This document shows positions 25,712 through 39,640 of a DNA stretch of 64,000 bases, piece after piece. Source of the DNA: Eledone cirrhosa (lineage: Eukaryota); contig OZ024741.1 in assembly GCA_964016885.1 (NCBI GenBank), forward strand, positions 139,624,001 to 139,688,000, in the 5' to 3' direction. The notes below the pieces were generated by a model that saw only the letters and a program-made list of their open reading frames with translations, did not search any database and was not told the DNA's origin. The translations under genes were made by a program, and so were the position numbers. Within the stretch, counting starts at the first letter, position 1. Each line of letters starts with the position of its first letter.

Positions 25712-25966
25712 AAAAGAACCAACACTGCTCTCTCAGAACTCATATGGTCCTTAAAAGACAAAAACATTAAATATACCATTTTTTGGAAGAAGATTTCTTC
25801 TGCATCCTCATCCTTGAACAGCTCTCTATCTAAAATCTGTAATCTCTGCCTAAATAAAAAATTTACCATTATCTCTAACCTAGATTCTATAATAAATAGA
25901 CGCACAGATTTGTTTTCTATCTGCCTGCATAAATTCCATAGAACTTTTCACAAAGTATACAGTTAA
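25712..25966 (+). pseudogene. C-terminal part of a PLE GIY-YIG endonuclease domain (mirror copy at about 25452-25706 on -)
   Basis: Manual translation KRTNTALSELIWSLKDKNIKYTIFWKKISS..KICNLCLNKKFTII..IINRRTDLFSICLHKFHRTF*. The CxxC..R..CxH tail resembles Hydra-type PLE endonucleases. Not in the ORF track because it has no start codon. Confidence 0.75.
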
Positions 25967-26979
25967 TATTCAATTCTTTATCAATTTAGAATCTTTTCTC
26001 AAAGGCACATATACATACACCTCTTTAAAATATACCCATCTACCTTACTTTAAAGGGCATTATACACTCTATAATACTTGTTTACTCATTACCCTCATTC
26101 TATCTTCACCTTGTAAAATCATAACATATACATTTGTTGTTTTGACGTTAGAATATTCATCCGCAATTATTATTTTTTTCTCTCTATCATAAATCTTTTT
26201 AATCTCAATTTCATCCTTAATTTATTATTTTTTTCTCCCCATCAACGAACTCATTATTAATACATATTAACTCTTTATTCGCATATAGTATCAATTCCTT
26301 CAATATACAAACTTTAACTTCACATTATTTTTCTCAAATCCTTCTACACACAAACCTTAATAATGTTTCTCTTCGTTAATTTTTGAAATTGCCACAATAC
26401 ATACGTTTCTTTTTTTGACGTTAGAATATTCATCCACAATTATTATTTTTTCTCTCTATATTCATACATAAATTCCCTTCGTTAATTTTCAAATTCCTTT
26501 AATTTATACATTATCTTCCAACGGTTCCCAACCTCTCTATGTTAAAACAATATATCTTTTTCTCAGTTATAAAAACTATCTCTTTCTCTCTATCACCCAT
26601 CTCTCCCTCTCCGCCTTCACTCTCATCTCCTCCCCCTTTTTTTCATCCTTTCTACCCCCCCCCTCCTTAAATAAAATATTTTTTCCTCGCACATATCCTC
26701 CCTTCGTTAATTTTCAACATTTTTAATTTATACATTATCTTCCAGCGGTTTTCAACCTCTCTATGTAAAACAATATATCTCCTCTCAGTTATAAAAACTA
26801 TCTCTTTCACTCTATCACCCATCTCTCCCTCTCATCTCCTTCCCTTTTCATCCTTCCCCCCCCCTCTCTAAATAAAATATTTTTCCCAATATCACACATC
26901 AATCTAAAACCACTTTTCATATGTTGATTTAAAACTGCACTATCCACAAGTGTTTTTTAGCCTTCATATGATGTTCTCC

Positions 26980-27050
26980 TATTTTATCTGATGAAAACAC
27001 AAATATTATTGCATGATGATGTTTGTTTTTGAAATGCGCATAATAAAATA
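26980..27050 (+). ncRNA. Minimal type I hammerhead ribozyme
   Basis: Stem I TATTTTAT/ATAAAATA; CTGATGA 26988-26994; stem II CAAATATTATT/GATGATGTTTG; GAAA 27031-27034; palindromic stem III ATGCGCAT. Predicted cut after A27042. Confidence 0.85.
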
Positions 27051-27080
27051 CATGGAACTCCTTTAACCATCTTTTGATCT

Positions 27081-27121
<41 letters not shown>

Positions 27122-27124
<3 letters not shown>

Positions 27125-28205
27125 CAGGAAAGAAGAGTGACACGGTTTGCTATACAAAAAAGGTTTTTAATCTCATTGGGGGACAATTGTTTCTCTGAAC
27201 TGGTAGGTCTAGAGATCGCTACTTCTATTCACGTCATTCGATCACCAATACATAGTTGTAACCAGTCAATTCATCGGAGCTTGTGAGAATGAAAGTAATA
27301 TACAGGCATGGCTACTATATATAGTAGTAATGGCATTCAATCAGAACAATAACATCAATACTAACAATGCTAGCAATAAATTATTTGAAATAATCACAAC
27401 ATCAATCTAGGTGAGAAATATAGTATATCTACCAATTTAGCGTGTAAAACTAGCTGACGTGAGACAGATGTATAAAATTGACATGTAAACGCTGTCATGG
27501 GGTGTATTATTGGCAGTATTGGTAGAGGGTTGGACGCCATGCTTTCTAGCATAGTTACGTCCCTTTACAGTCTGAGTTCAAATCCCGCCGAGGTTAACTT
27601 TGCCTTTCATCCTTACGGGGTCGATATAATAAAGTACCAGTAATGTACTGGGTAATTGCTGGCCTTGTGCCAAATGTAGAAATAATTATATATAGTGTAA
27701 AGATAAGCCGGTGGCTTTAAACAATGAACCATTTCCTTTATTGTAGGTTTGGTGACCGTAAGAATCAGTTATTATCTGTATATATGTATATAATACACCC
27801 CATGACAGCTTTTACATGTCAATTTTATACATCTGCCTCATGTCACCTAGTTTTACACGCTAACATCGTAGATATACTATATTTCTCACCTAGATTATTT
27901 GTGATTATTTCTCACCTAGATTATGTTGTGATTATTTCAAATAATGTATTGCTAGCATTGTTAGTATTGTTGTTATTGTTCTGATTGAACGCCATTACTA
28001 TATATAGTAGCCATGCCTGTATATTCCTTTCATTCTCACAAGCTCCGATGAATTGAATGGTTACAACTATGTATTCGTGATCGAATAACGTGAAAACAAG
28101 CGGGTAGCGATCTCTAGACCTACCAGTTCAGAGAAACAATTGTCAGCAATGAGATTAAAAACCTTTTTTGTATAGCAAACCATGTCACTCTTCTTTCCTG
28201 ATTTA
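27122..28205. repeat. Inverted repeat of ~390-420 bp arms (27122-27510 / 27788-28205) with a SINE in the spacer
   Basis: AAATCAGGAAAGAAGAGTGAC.. versus ..GTCACTCTTCTTTCCTGATTT. Both strands give the same DNCFSELVGLEIAT peptide in the ORF track. Confidence 0.88.
27511..27690 (+). mobile_element. tRNA-derived SINE (octopus-type)
   Basis: A box TGGCAGTATTGG, B box GAGTTCAAATCC, body GCCGAGGTTAACTTTGCCTTTCATCCTTACGGGGTCGAT, tail CCTTGTGCCAAATGTAGAAATAATTAT. Confidence 0.85.
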
Positions 28206-28417
28206 TCATTACTCCAAGTGTTAACAACATAGAAATTACCGCGTGCTCGCAGCATCAATATGGAAACGATTCGTTGAGTCAATCTTAGCCAAACGTTGAT
28301 ATCATCCACTACTCGGAGTACCATAACTGAACTACACTTAAGTGGACTACCTATAACAATAACCTGTTACCCCGTATATATATATATATATACACATATG
28401 TAGGTAGATGTATTAAT

Positions 28418-28528
<111 letters not shown>

Positions 28529-28731
28529 TTGTATATATGTGTGTGTGCGCGCGTGCGAGCGTGCATGTGTGTGTGTGTGGGTGTGTGGGTGTGTGTGTGT
28601 TAGTGTAAAATAAACCCATAAGAGTCTCGAATGAATATTTAAAGTTTTGATCATGTCACACCCGTCTCAGTAGCGGTATGAGAATTTCAGACATGTTTTT
28701 ATTGTTATATATATATATATTTATATATATA

Positions 28732-28785
<54 letters not shown>

Positions 28786-28912
28786 GAAAGTTATATTTAA
28801 ATTGTTGTGATATAACAAGCAAACATTTTTATAACTGATATAAAGCACTCAACAAATATTTTGAGTAAAAATACGATATTAACAAATGGAAACTATATTT
28901 ATAAAACCATAT

Positions 28913-28980
28913 TTATTTCATTATACATATTTCAAGGACACCAAGTTAAATTACGGCGTGCTTTCATCAGATACAATATA
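28913..28980 (-). ncRNA. Minimal type I hammerhead ribozyme (core intact, stems eroded)
   Basis: CTGATGA-AAGCACGCC..GGTGTCCTT-GAAA-TATGTA-TA-ATGAAATAA on the minus strand. Confidence 0.7.
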
Positions 28981-29109
28981 ATATAGATCAGTTTTATAAA
29001 TAAGTATTGCTGGAAGCTCCCGGATAGTCACTATCCGGAGATATACCAACAGTAATGGTTGCATTCTTTAAGGGTATGTCAATATTTATTTATAAAACTG
29101 ATCTATATT

Positions 29110-29178
29110 TTATTTCATCTGATGAAAGGACACCATAATCTAACTTAGGTGTCCTTTAAAATATGTATAATGAAATAA
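29110..29178 (+). ncRNA. Hammerhead motif, probably inactive (GAAA replaced by TAAAA)
   Basis: Stem I TTATTTCAT/ATGAAATAA (9 bp), CTGATGA 29119-29125, perfect 9-bp stem II AAGGACACC/GGTGTCCTT. Confidence 0.7.
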
Positions 29179-29216
29179 ATATGGTTATATAAATATAGTT
29201 TCCATTTGTTAATATC

Positions 29217-29515
<299 letters not shown>

Positions 29516-29557
29516 TAGGTAAATATACACGGGTGTGTATGATTGTGTATAGAAGAT

Positions 29558-29707
29558 TATATTAATAAGAGGAATTCCAACTTTGTTGATTTACTCGTTT
29601 TATTTACAATCCTTTAAAATATATATAATATGGTATTATATATATTTTAAAGGATTGTAAATAAAACGAGTAAATCAGACAAAGCAGGAATTCCTCTTAT
29701 TAATATA
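29558..29707. repeat. 150-bp palindrome adjoining (TA)n
   Basis: Arms 29558-29630 / 29634-29707 around TGG. No hammerhead core. Probably a folded-back PLE terminus (inference). Confidence 0.8.
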
Positions 29708-29759
29708 TATATATATATGTTGTATATATATATATATGTTATATATATATATATATGTT

Positions 29760-29795
<36 letters not shown>

Positions 29796-29837
29796 TATAT
29801 ATATGTTATATATATATATGTTATATATATATATATG

Positions 29838-29916
<79 letters not shown>

Positions 29917-30290
29917 GTTCTCAATGTCGTTTCTACATTCTGTAATATTTGTCTTTCGTGAACATTTTAGAAACCCATTTTTCCTCTCCAGACAGTTTGT
30001 AGCAGATGTAGGCTGAGTAATCATACAGTTATTGATCAGATGGCCATCACAATGGACATATTTCCAATATCACCACCGCACACACAGCTATATACAATCA
30101 CACACATATTTCTGTAGACATCTGGAAATAAAATCTGTCGCACATTCACTTAAACACATACACAAACAGACATGGGTATAGTCACTTACACATCCACCGA
30201 TACAGACACATACATACCTTCTCGTACATAAACCACCTCCAGACACAAACACAAACACATACAATGTGTACACTGAATATGCATATATAC

Positions 30291-30328
<38 letters not shown>

Positions 30329-30364
30329 ATGTGTGTGTGTGTGTGTGTATAATATGTATATATG

Positions 30365-30454
<90 letters not shown>

Positions 30455-31456
30455 CGTATATCCATACGTACAGACACCCATATATACATACAAATATATT
30501 TATAATTATGTATATATAAATGTGTGTGTATAGGGTATTTGTGAAAGCATTTACTAAGATATGTCTAAAGCGTTCATTTATATCGACTGTCTACTGACTA
30601 TTCTTATGTACTTCTGTCCATATGTTTGTATTTATATGTATTCCTAAAGAACAAGCCAATAACCAGTCTGCCTATAACTTGACGCTGTTGAAAGGAAACC
30701 AAAGATGAGGTGACATAATGTTAGAAGATCGAACATTATGCATTGAAGTATTTCGCAACTGTTGCTGCAGGCGGTGTATCGATGAAGCTATTAATCTCTT
30801 ATTAATCTGCATGAAGTGTGCCATCGATTAATGCATATTGGGCGTAAATTATAGTGTGAGGACACAGAACAAATACTTGAAGTTTGGATAGAGAGTTTCC
30901 TTTACAATGATTTGACTAATCAAGTGCACAGGATCAAATAACCTTACTTTACACGAAGAAGTATCAAATATGAAAGAAAAGAATAGGTAGAAAAAAAGGT
31001 TTTGCAACTTGATCTTAATTTATTCACTGTTATATTTTTCGATCCATTTTGGCAACAAGGCATAGAATAACATTTAATTTCCTTTTATAGTTATATTGCT
31101 GTAAATAGTTAGAAGAAAATGTGAGACCGTTGCTTCATATCAGGTTAGCACTGCATTGCTGAGGAGTGATAACTCTGTAAATAGGTAGAAACAATCGTGT
31201 GGCTGTTTATTCATATCATGTTATCACTACTCCGATGAACATATGACCATGACACACAATTATCCGCGTAGCCTTATTTCTCACAATCGTTCTAGTGACG
31301 CACACTGTATTTAATGAGCAATTTAGAACCATATATTAATGTATTGGAGATTTTATTACAATGGTTCTTAGACACAATACTCTTGCAAGTGTTTAGTTGA
31401 AACAGACACCATTTAAAATTATAGGTTTGTCTAGTTATAGGAGTCGATAATCCAGA

Positions 31457-31522
<66 letters not shown>

Positions 31523-31778
31523 ATATGTGTGTGTGTGTGTCTGTGTACGTGTGCGTGTGTCTGCACATGTTTGTGCCTGCATGTGGGTGTGTGTGTGTGC
31601 GCGCGCGTGTATGTGTGTAAATTTATATATTACCTGCCATCTAAGCATATGATTTCTTCGGTACCCAGTTGTCAGATGGTATACGTTTAAACGTAACAGA
31701 TTACTCTTATGTGAACTATCTCTCTTCAGTATTTATGGAAAGTATATGACCTTCCGGAGATGTTTACTTTTGTCTGAT

Positions 31779-31986
31779 TTAGGGTGGGAGATTGGCAGCA
31801 TTGATATAGCGTCGGACAACATGCTTCGCTGCGTAGAGTTACGGCAATTTGCGTTCTGATTTCAAATCTTGCTGAGTTTAGTTTTGCCTTACGGGATTGA
31901 TAAAGTACCATCGCCCACATAACTCGTTTTTATCGAATTTCCCCTCCCTCAAAATTGGACTTACGCCTAAATAAGAAACTATTACT
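31779..31986 (+). mobile_element. Diverged SINE copy
   Basis: GATTGGCAG head, degenerate B box, TTTGCCTT..GATAAAGTACCA, tail CCTAAATAAGAAACTATT. Confidence 0.65.
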
Positions 31987-32214
31987 CTTGTCTGATCTAT
32001 GCGTGGTGAGTCATGGGGTAATATTGCTCTTTTCTGCCGGATGTATTTACACACATGTATAAAGGGGAGTTTTTTTTGGTATTAAGTAGACTTTTGTAAA
32101 AAAATAATAATAATAAAAAGAGAGAGAGAAAACAAAATTCAGAAATATTTGTTTTAAATAATTGATTTAGCACTGGAAGTATACAAAACTACAACATCAT
32201 AACTAAATTTTTTG

Positions 32215-32990
32215 ATAATGGCTGAAAGTTGGTGTAACTGGATGACCTCAATTGTGCTGAAGACCTGGCTGAAAACAGGACACAACTGGATGTCCTCAAT
32301 TTTTACTGATCACCTGGCATCCTTGTCACATAGTTACTTTCAGATACAGGACAAGAATTCACGCTTCGAGACCACATCATTCGGGACATGGCTCAAGATA
32401 AACAAGAGAAAAACCGAGCTCATGAAAATCAACACCACTTCTAATACACCAGTCGCAGTCGTTGAAGAGCCTATCACATATGTGGAATCATTTGTCTACC
32501 AGGGAAATGCGGTTCATCAACGTGGGTGGACCGACCAATACGTCGCAATCAGGAATGGCAAGGCAGCTTCCATCATGCTAAAGAATGCTTGGACCCAATG
32601 AGATATACCCAAGAACTAAACATTGCAACTTCAACACCAACGTGGATGCGATACTGCTGTAGGGATGTGAAGTTTGGGAGACAACAAAGAAGATGCAGCA
32701 GAAGATCCAGACATTCTTTAACACCTGTCTGAGGCGCATCTACAACAACCAATGGCCGGAGAAGGTCAGAAACGAAGATATGTGGGAGCGAACGAGCGGG
32801 ACAGGAACCAGTGACAAAGCAGATTCTCCAGAGTAAGTGGAGCTGTTTGGACATACTCTCAGGAAACCAGCATTCAACACCACATGCCAAGCCCTGACCG
32901 CAGTAGCTGGGAATGGGACCCTGAGGATGAGTTAAGAAAGCTGAAGCCAACTGAAGAGGAGTAGTGAGAGTATCTCAGTTTCGTGTTCGA
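32215..32990 (+). mobile_element. RTE-clade LINE 3' fragment, degraded
   Basis: RT C-terminal remnants: LKINKRKTELMKINT, VESFVY.G, QKIQTFFNTCLRRI..WPEKVRNEDMW, GHTLRKP. Confidence 0.85.
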
Positions 32991-33756
32991 TGTCGGAGCG
33001 ATATGGATGAGTCAATGATGAAAATTGATAGTTCACGCTAGAATAATCTGCTTCGAGTAATAAGATAGCGTCATTAGTTGTCATGTGTTTTAATAATATC
33101 AATAAATCCTATGCTTATATATCGACGCTCATTCTTTTGTAGCTACATTTCTTACCCATATAATGATAAGTATATATATATATATAGATATATATATATA
33201 CCATTTATGTCATGTTGTTTACCAATGGATATCATTGGTGAGTCCGGTTAGTAAATGGTGATGCGATAAATTAAAGCACTCAACATCTTACAAATCATCC
33301 ATTATAGTGTGGTAACCCGTCGCTGGTGCAGGAACGGAGTTCAGTATTCGATGAGACAACAGACGGCCGGATTGAAAAATGTCTTTAAAATTTCTATCCC
33401 GCGAAAACACTGTTACATATTTTAATAGCCGAGTTTTATCATGCGATTATGATGCACAATTAGGCGATTTCACTAATTGTTGATTGCAGTATTAGCTACA
33501 TGATATAGCAGGATTACGGAGAACTCAAACAGAGCATAGAAAATAGAGGATAAAATTGTCTCGCCGAAGGCTTACCAATTTGGAGTTATTTTAACGGCAA
33601 ACGATTCCCGAATGTTATATTATATAACTAATTATGCAATCAAAACCTGATGAAATTGCACATCTGGATTGAATGATAAAGCTAGGCCGTTGAAATTATT
33701 TAATTATGATATTAGGGGAAACTTTCCAGTCCGTCCTTCTTTTGTTTTTAATGAAT

Positions 33757-33871
<115 letters not shown>

Positions 33872-35696
33872 AAGAGGAGGGAGAGTCTTCTGTGCTGAGT
33901 CTGGGAAATCCACTGATCGTGGGAGTATTCAATGCATGGAGAAATGCAGAGTGAGTATATAGATTGGCACCGTGCTTGTGAATTTACCTCTCACCCTCTC
34001 TCTCTCTCTCTTTCTCTCTCCTCTCTATATATATATATGTGTGTGTGTGTGTATTACTCTATTACTTACTGTATGAAGTGTTCCGGGTGACAAGCGCAGG
34101 CCATGCTGGGGCATCGCCATTTATATTTTTTGTATTGCTTTTAAATTCTATATTTTAAATATGTGGCTCGATTAATCATACCTAATCTATTTGTCATACA
34201 AGTGTCAACGTCGTTGAGGAGACAAACTTGTTTTAAGATTGGACGACGATGAAGTCGGAACATCTGAACAGTATGTTGATGAAACACTGCACATAGAGCC
34301 GTATTTTCACATTCCTGATTTTTACATTCATGATGTGAATATCATTATCATATGTATGTGAGGGTAGCAGATTCACAAAGTCGTTAAGGCGTCATACAAA
34401 CGTTTGGCATAAGGTGTTCCTGCGTTGTATTCTATCAGCCTTAGTCAATTTGCCTGTCATCCATCTGCGGTCTAGAAGTACAGTATAAGTCAAGTACCCA
34501 GGTCGATGTTCTGTAGTATCCACAGCCCAACATTTCTAGCCTTGCACGATTCATAGAAAACTTTATTAAATGAATGTGAGGATGTTGTATTGACAAAATC
34601 GTTAGAGCGTTAGACAAAATGATTTACAGCATTATTTCGGCTCTTTCTACTCTGAATTCAAATAATGGGGACAATGAAATGGAGAACGATTTCATTAATG
34701 GGTTAGATTTAATTGTTGTTCTCCTCCGCCAAATTACCGGTAATATGTCTAAATTCTTATTGAATATATGTGGCAGACTTTCGTCGTTTTCGACAATAAA
34801 TGTTCCCCGTTTTCTTTTCCTTATTAAAGGAATCGCCAGTTCGGAATATGTATGCACGTTCGTCTGAGAATTCTAAACTCATGTTTAGCATGGATGCAAT
34901 TTTCAGAGTGATAGAGTGAGAACAAACTGTAACGTTGCATTAATGGTAAAATACATTCTCGTCTATATGAGTAGATAGGAGCATTGTGAAACGTTTTCCA
35001 GATAAACGCTTTTCTCGGAAATCCAACTCAATACCTTTTAATCGTAAGCCGAACACATAAACTACTAAGCCGCGCCCGGCTCCTTTACATCGCTATTAAA
35101 AAATGTTTTATTTCCATAATTTATAGCAAGTATGAGTATATTTCCCTTGAAACAGGTGACAAATTAATCGGGGATTTGAATATACTTACTATCATACTGG
35201 CTGTCTGACTAGAGGAAACATCTGCAGAAGAAGGGCAGCATGACCATACATACAAACCAATTAATCAATGGAAATCGATATCGTTTCATGCTACTTTTAA
35301 AAAATCTAAAAATCCCCTCACTTCTCCCACTCCTTCTATTTCTATTTCTCTCCTTCTTTCGCTACTTCTCTCCTTTTCTCTTTACCCCCACTTCTCTCTC
35401 ATTCTCCCTGTCACAAACACACACTTTCATTCCTGTTATTATCTTGTCAATCTGATGTATATATACGTAAGTACACACACACACACACCTGACGCACACA
35501 TACAGACACATGCATACACACATCTATTGACATATATGTATATATGGGTCTATGTATATGTGAGTGTGCGTGTACAATAGTCTTAGTTCCTTATGTGTGA
35601 GTGGATAATTCACTTTCCCATCGTATGTATATATGAAGGTATATATGTATGCATATATAAATATATATATATATATATATAAATATATATATATAT

Positions 35697-35769
<73 letters not shown>

Positions 35770-36335
35770 TATATTGTGAGTGTGTGTGTTCCACATATAC
35801 AAGTGTTCGCGTTAGATAGTCAGCTAAATGACGGCTATAGATTCTTAAAGGAGATTTAAGATGAATTACGCCTTTGCCTGTCGTGGCAGCTGTTCTCAAC
35901 CAAAGAAGATTTAAAAACCACTATCTCGTCAATAAACGCGAAACCTTATATATGGCCATTATCGTCAGCAGGTGTTGATCATGGCATTGCTGAATCGGAG
36001 CTTAATCACCGAAATATTATCTTACGTCCCAAATAAAGCTATTTCTATGTAAAATCATAATTATTTATCGATATCTCGCTCGGAATGAAGTATCAGTGAT
36101 TTGGATAATGCTTCAGCCATTCTGCGGGAGATCTAAAAACCGTGCATACAAAGTATTGATGTTAATTACACACTGTTGTTATGCACGTAATTTTTCTAGG
36201 CGACACGTTGCCAATTCTAGAATATTATGTATCAATATCAAGAATGTGGCATTGCACTCTACATTAAGAAAATAAAACGATTAAATGTGTAGAGGGACAA
36301 CACACACACACACGCACACACACACACACATACAT

Positions 36336-36372
<37 letters not shown>

Positions 36373-36447
36373 GTTATATTTGGGGTGGGTCATATTGTTA
36401 TAATATTGGGAGAAGTAATAATAAAACACACTCACTCTTCGGTTTGG

Positions 36448-36669
36448 ATTGGTTTTAGCTTCTATATATTTTATATCCCTTATAGTTAAATTAGCTGGCA
36501 ATCAATGTTTATCATTGATTGACCAATGGTTAAAAATAAACATATAAATATATATATATATATATATATTTATATGTTTATTTTTAACCATCGGTCAATC
36601 AATGATAAACATTGATTGCCAGCTAATTTAACTATAAGGGATATAAAATATATAGAAGCTAAAACCAAT
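36448..36669. repeat. 220-bp palindrome centred on a (TA)n tract
   Basis: ATTGGTTTTAGCTTC..GCTGGCAATCAATGTTTATCATTG mirrored. A third, diverged single arm is at 38925-39050. Confidence 0.85.
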
Positions 36670-36711
36670 TAATATTTACTAGTTGTAACCCAACAATTTA
36701 AATATAACTTT

Positions 36712-36753
<42 letters not shown>

Positions 36754-36902
36754 TCGTTGACAAATATATCAATATGACCAGACACGCAGATATATTGCCC
36801 TTGGTATGACAGTGTGATTTTAGCTCAATGTAGGATAACTAGTATACTACAGAGCCTACTATAGGAATAAGCAAAGACTGCTTAGAAATACATTGTTTTA
36901 TT

Positions 36903-36949
36903 AGCTAACAGTGTTTCATCCATACCCCATGGCAGGAATCATCAGAGCC
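36903..36949 (-). ncRNA. Minimal type I hammerhead candidate in a probable PLE remnant (about 36751-37265)
   Basis: GGCT-CTGATGA-TTCCTGCCATGGGGTATGGAT-GAAA-CACTG-TT-AGCT. Stem I is only 4 bp. Confidence 0.55.
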
Positions 36950-37269
36950 TATAAACAAGAGTATATCAATAGTTGCATGCTCCATTGAGCTGCGTCGCCA
37001 GAACAAGGTTAAAGAGCCAGCAGGGGGTCCTGAGGCCAGCGCTATATGGAAAAAGACAGAATACATGATGCACATAATGTCATAAAATGTCTTAACAAAT
37101 TACATCAAACATTCTAAATTAAAAATTACACCAAAAATGTATCACTTAAATGGTATAATATATTATAAAGCGGTTGGGAGACGGTAGCAAGGGATAAGTG
37201 AAGGTAATACTCAGCATGATCAAAAACAATTAAAAAAATAATAAAAGAGGAAGTTAATACGTTGGCCCC

Positions 37270-38908
37270 GGATTTGTTGCGGGAAACAGCATATGACATC
37301 GAATCTCTTTCCCAATACTTAGAGAAAATGAGCCCAAACTCCTGTTGGACCAAAGGTTGGCTTATTTAACTATCATTGACGCGGTTCAAAATCAGACTGG
37401 GGGTATTTACTTTCTCGATGCTCCTGGGGGTACCGGACAAACTTTTGTAACGAAATTGATTCTCGCTAAGATTCGTCAGGAGAAAAAGTTGCGTTGGCCG
37501 TTGCATCGTCCGGGATCGCTGCTACTTTGCTGCCGGGAGGCAGGACAGCACATTCAACCTTTAAACTCCCCTTGGATTTAGTAAAAACTGAGACACCTAC
37601 ATGCCATATCAGCAAGAGCTCACACAAAGCTCTGGTTCTCAAAACATGTTGCCTTATTGTTTGGGATGAGTGCACAATGGCACACAAGGATGCCCTTGAA
37701 GTATTGGACTGCAGCCTGAAGACATTAGGAATTCTACGGCTCCTATGGGTGGCGTAACCCTTCTGCTATCAGGGGATTTTCGGCAAACGCTGCCTGTCAT
37801 CGCCAAAGGGACAAGAACTGATGAAGTGCGTTCCTGCCTTAAGTCGACCATGTTGTGGCCCCAGGTGAAGAGTTTGTACCTGAGCACAAATATACGTTCT
37901 CATTTGCATGGTGACAACATGTCTGCAGTATTTGCTCAGAACATTTTAACACTTGGTGAGGCCAAGGTCCCTGCGGATGACAAGGGCGGCATAGCAATGT
38001 ACTCCATGTGTAACATTGTGAGCAGCCCTTCTGACCTTTGGGAAGCAGTTTTTCCTAATGTCTCATCTAACATTAAAAACCTCGATTGGCTCAGCGAAAG
38101 AGCCATCCTTGCTCCGAAAAATGCCATGGTTAATTTTATTAACGAGCAGCTGATTTAGTAGATTCCCGGTAAAGAGCACCTCACATTTCTAAGCTTAGGG
38201 TTGGCTGTCCCATTATGCTAATAAGGAACTTACGACCACCAAAGCAGTGCAACGGTACTCACATGGCCGTCAAGTCACTGACGCCCTACTTGATTGAGGC
38301 CACCATTGTGGAGAGGGGAAAAGTTTTCATTCCAAGGAGGAACCTTTTCCCATCGGCGTCATATATACCGTTCCATTTCCGGCGATCCCAATTCCCAGTG
38401 AAACCATGTTTTGCCATGTCCATTAACAAGTCACAAGGGCAAACATTGTCGGTGGCGGGCATCGATTTTGGGGAGCCATGCTTCTCCCATGGGCAACTTT
38501 ATGTTGCCTATTCCCGCGTAGGGAGCAGGAATCGACTGTTTGCTTACACTCCTCAAGGGATGACACGCAATATCGTCTACAAAGAGGTGCTATAGATGTT
38601 GGTGCACGTGTTGGAACTATGCTGTCTGGAAAAGTATTTCCTGGTATGGACACGCATGGCGGACAGACCTGACACCCAGCGGCATCAGGGCCACCATCTT
38701 GCAAATGTCGTCTGCTAAATTCGTTATTGGAGATTATTAACCCATCATTTATTGTCCAAAATGCTAATTGGTTCGTAACTTTTAATAACCGGTTCAACTG
38801 CTTTATGCACTTAATTGATAAGCTTATTCGCTTTCAAGCAACGTTTACCTGTATGTAACTTTTCATAGCAAATGAACAAACCCGAGCAACGTCGGTCTAA
38901 ACTGCTAG
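37270..38908 (+). mobile_element. Helitron 3' portion: degraded PIF1-type helicase and canonical 3' terminus
   Basis: FLDAPGGTG, VASSGIAATLLPGGRTAHSTFKLP, IVWDECTM, GDFRQTLPV, AMSINKSQGQTL, FSHGQLYVA.SRV. Subterminal hairpin CCGAGCAACGTCGG, then CTAG (38905-38908) followed by T. Confidence 0.93.
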
Positions 38909-39064
38909 TATATATATATATATATTCAACCGTTGGTCCAGCAATGATAAACATTGATTGCCAGCTGAATTAACTATAGGGAATTAAAATATACAGAAAC
39001 GACAACCAATCCAAACCAAACAATGAGTGCATAGGCTTAAGTTTAATAAATAAATATATATATA

Positions 39065-39225
39065 TAGGAAATTGTTCAAGACCCCGACGGTAGTGCTCAA
39101 GCCGTTTCGACGGCTATTTTTGGACCAGAAATGGAAGTCGAAACGGCTTGGGCTCTGCCATCGGGGTCTTGACAAATGTCCTAATACCCACTCTACTACC
39201 CTAAGTATTGAGTACTCTGTTTCCA
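39065..39225. repeat. Fold-back hairpin element, same family as 23463-23645
   Basis: Hairpin 39065-39183 plus ACCCACTCTACTACCCTAAGTATTGAGTACTCT. Confidence 0.6.
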
Positions 39226-39564
39226 GAAAACATGATGGGGGTTTATAAAGTTAAGACCGATATATTTTAGACTATTTAGATTATATCCCCCCAAACTGAT
39301 ATTTTCGACTAAGGTTAAATATATTTTAATACTTCTCTGAGTAGATAATTGATTAATATGTCTTATCCATTCATTGAGATGTTTACGAATTAGAGACAGT
39401 TAAGTTTATAGGTTTGTAAATTAGTATATAAATATGAACCTAATACCTAACACTTTCCTAACAGTAGTCCTTGTTGTTATTATCTACTTATCCAATATTC
39501 ATATATATATATATATTATTCAGAATATTAATAAATGAAGACATTCACATAATCAAAATATATG

Positions 39565-39629
39565 TTTTATTATATATATTGCGAAGGTACTGTGCTGTTT
39601 TTTTCAGTACGTTCTCGTCAGATAAAATA
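39565..39629 (-). ncRNA. Hammerhead motif, probably inactive (GAAA to GCAA)
   Basis: TTTTAT-CTGACGA-GAACGTACTG..CAGTACCTTC-GCAA-TATATA-TA-ATAAAA on the minus strand. Confidence 0.65.
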
Positions 39630-39640
39630 TATAAAATACA

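Larger units (their letters stand above)
24250..27088. mobile_element. Palindromic (head-to-head) pair of 3' fragments of a Penelope-like element, probably Hydra clade
   Basis: Arms of ~1.38 kb (24332-25708 / 25710-27086) around a single G at 25709. Each arm has an endonuclease C-terminus, a long 3' UTR with internal duplications, and a hammerhead. Flanked by (TA)n. Confidence 0.88.

Noticed and set aside
33640-33700. Other CTGAnGA..GAAA hits (also near 18954, 22968 and 31159)
   Set aside because: No convincing stem I or stem II pairing.
37345-38595. Host PIF1 helicase gene
   Set aside because: Intronless, frameshifted, and ending in a Helitron hairpin-CTAG terminus.
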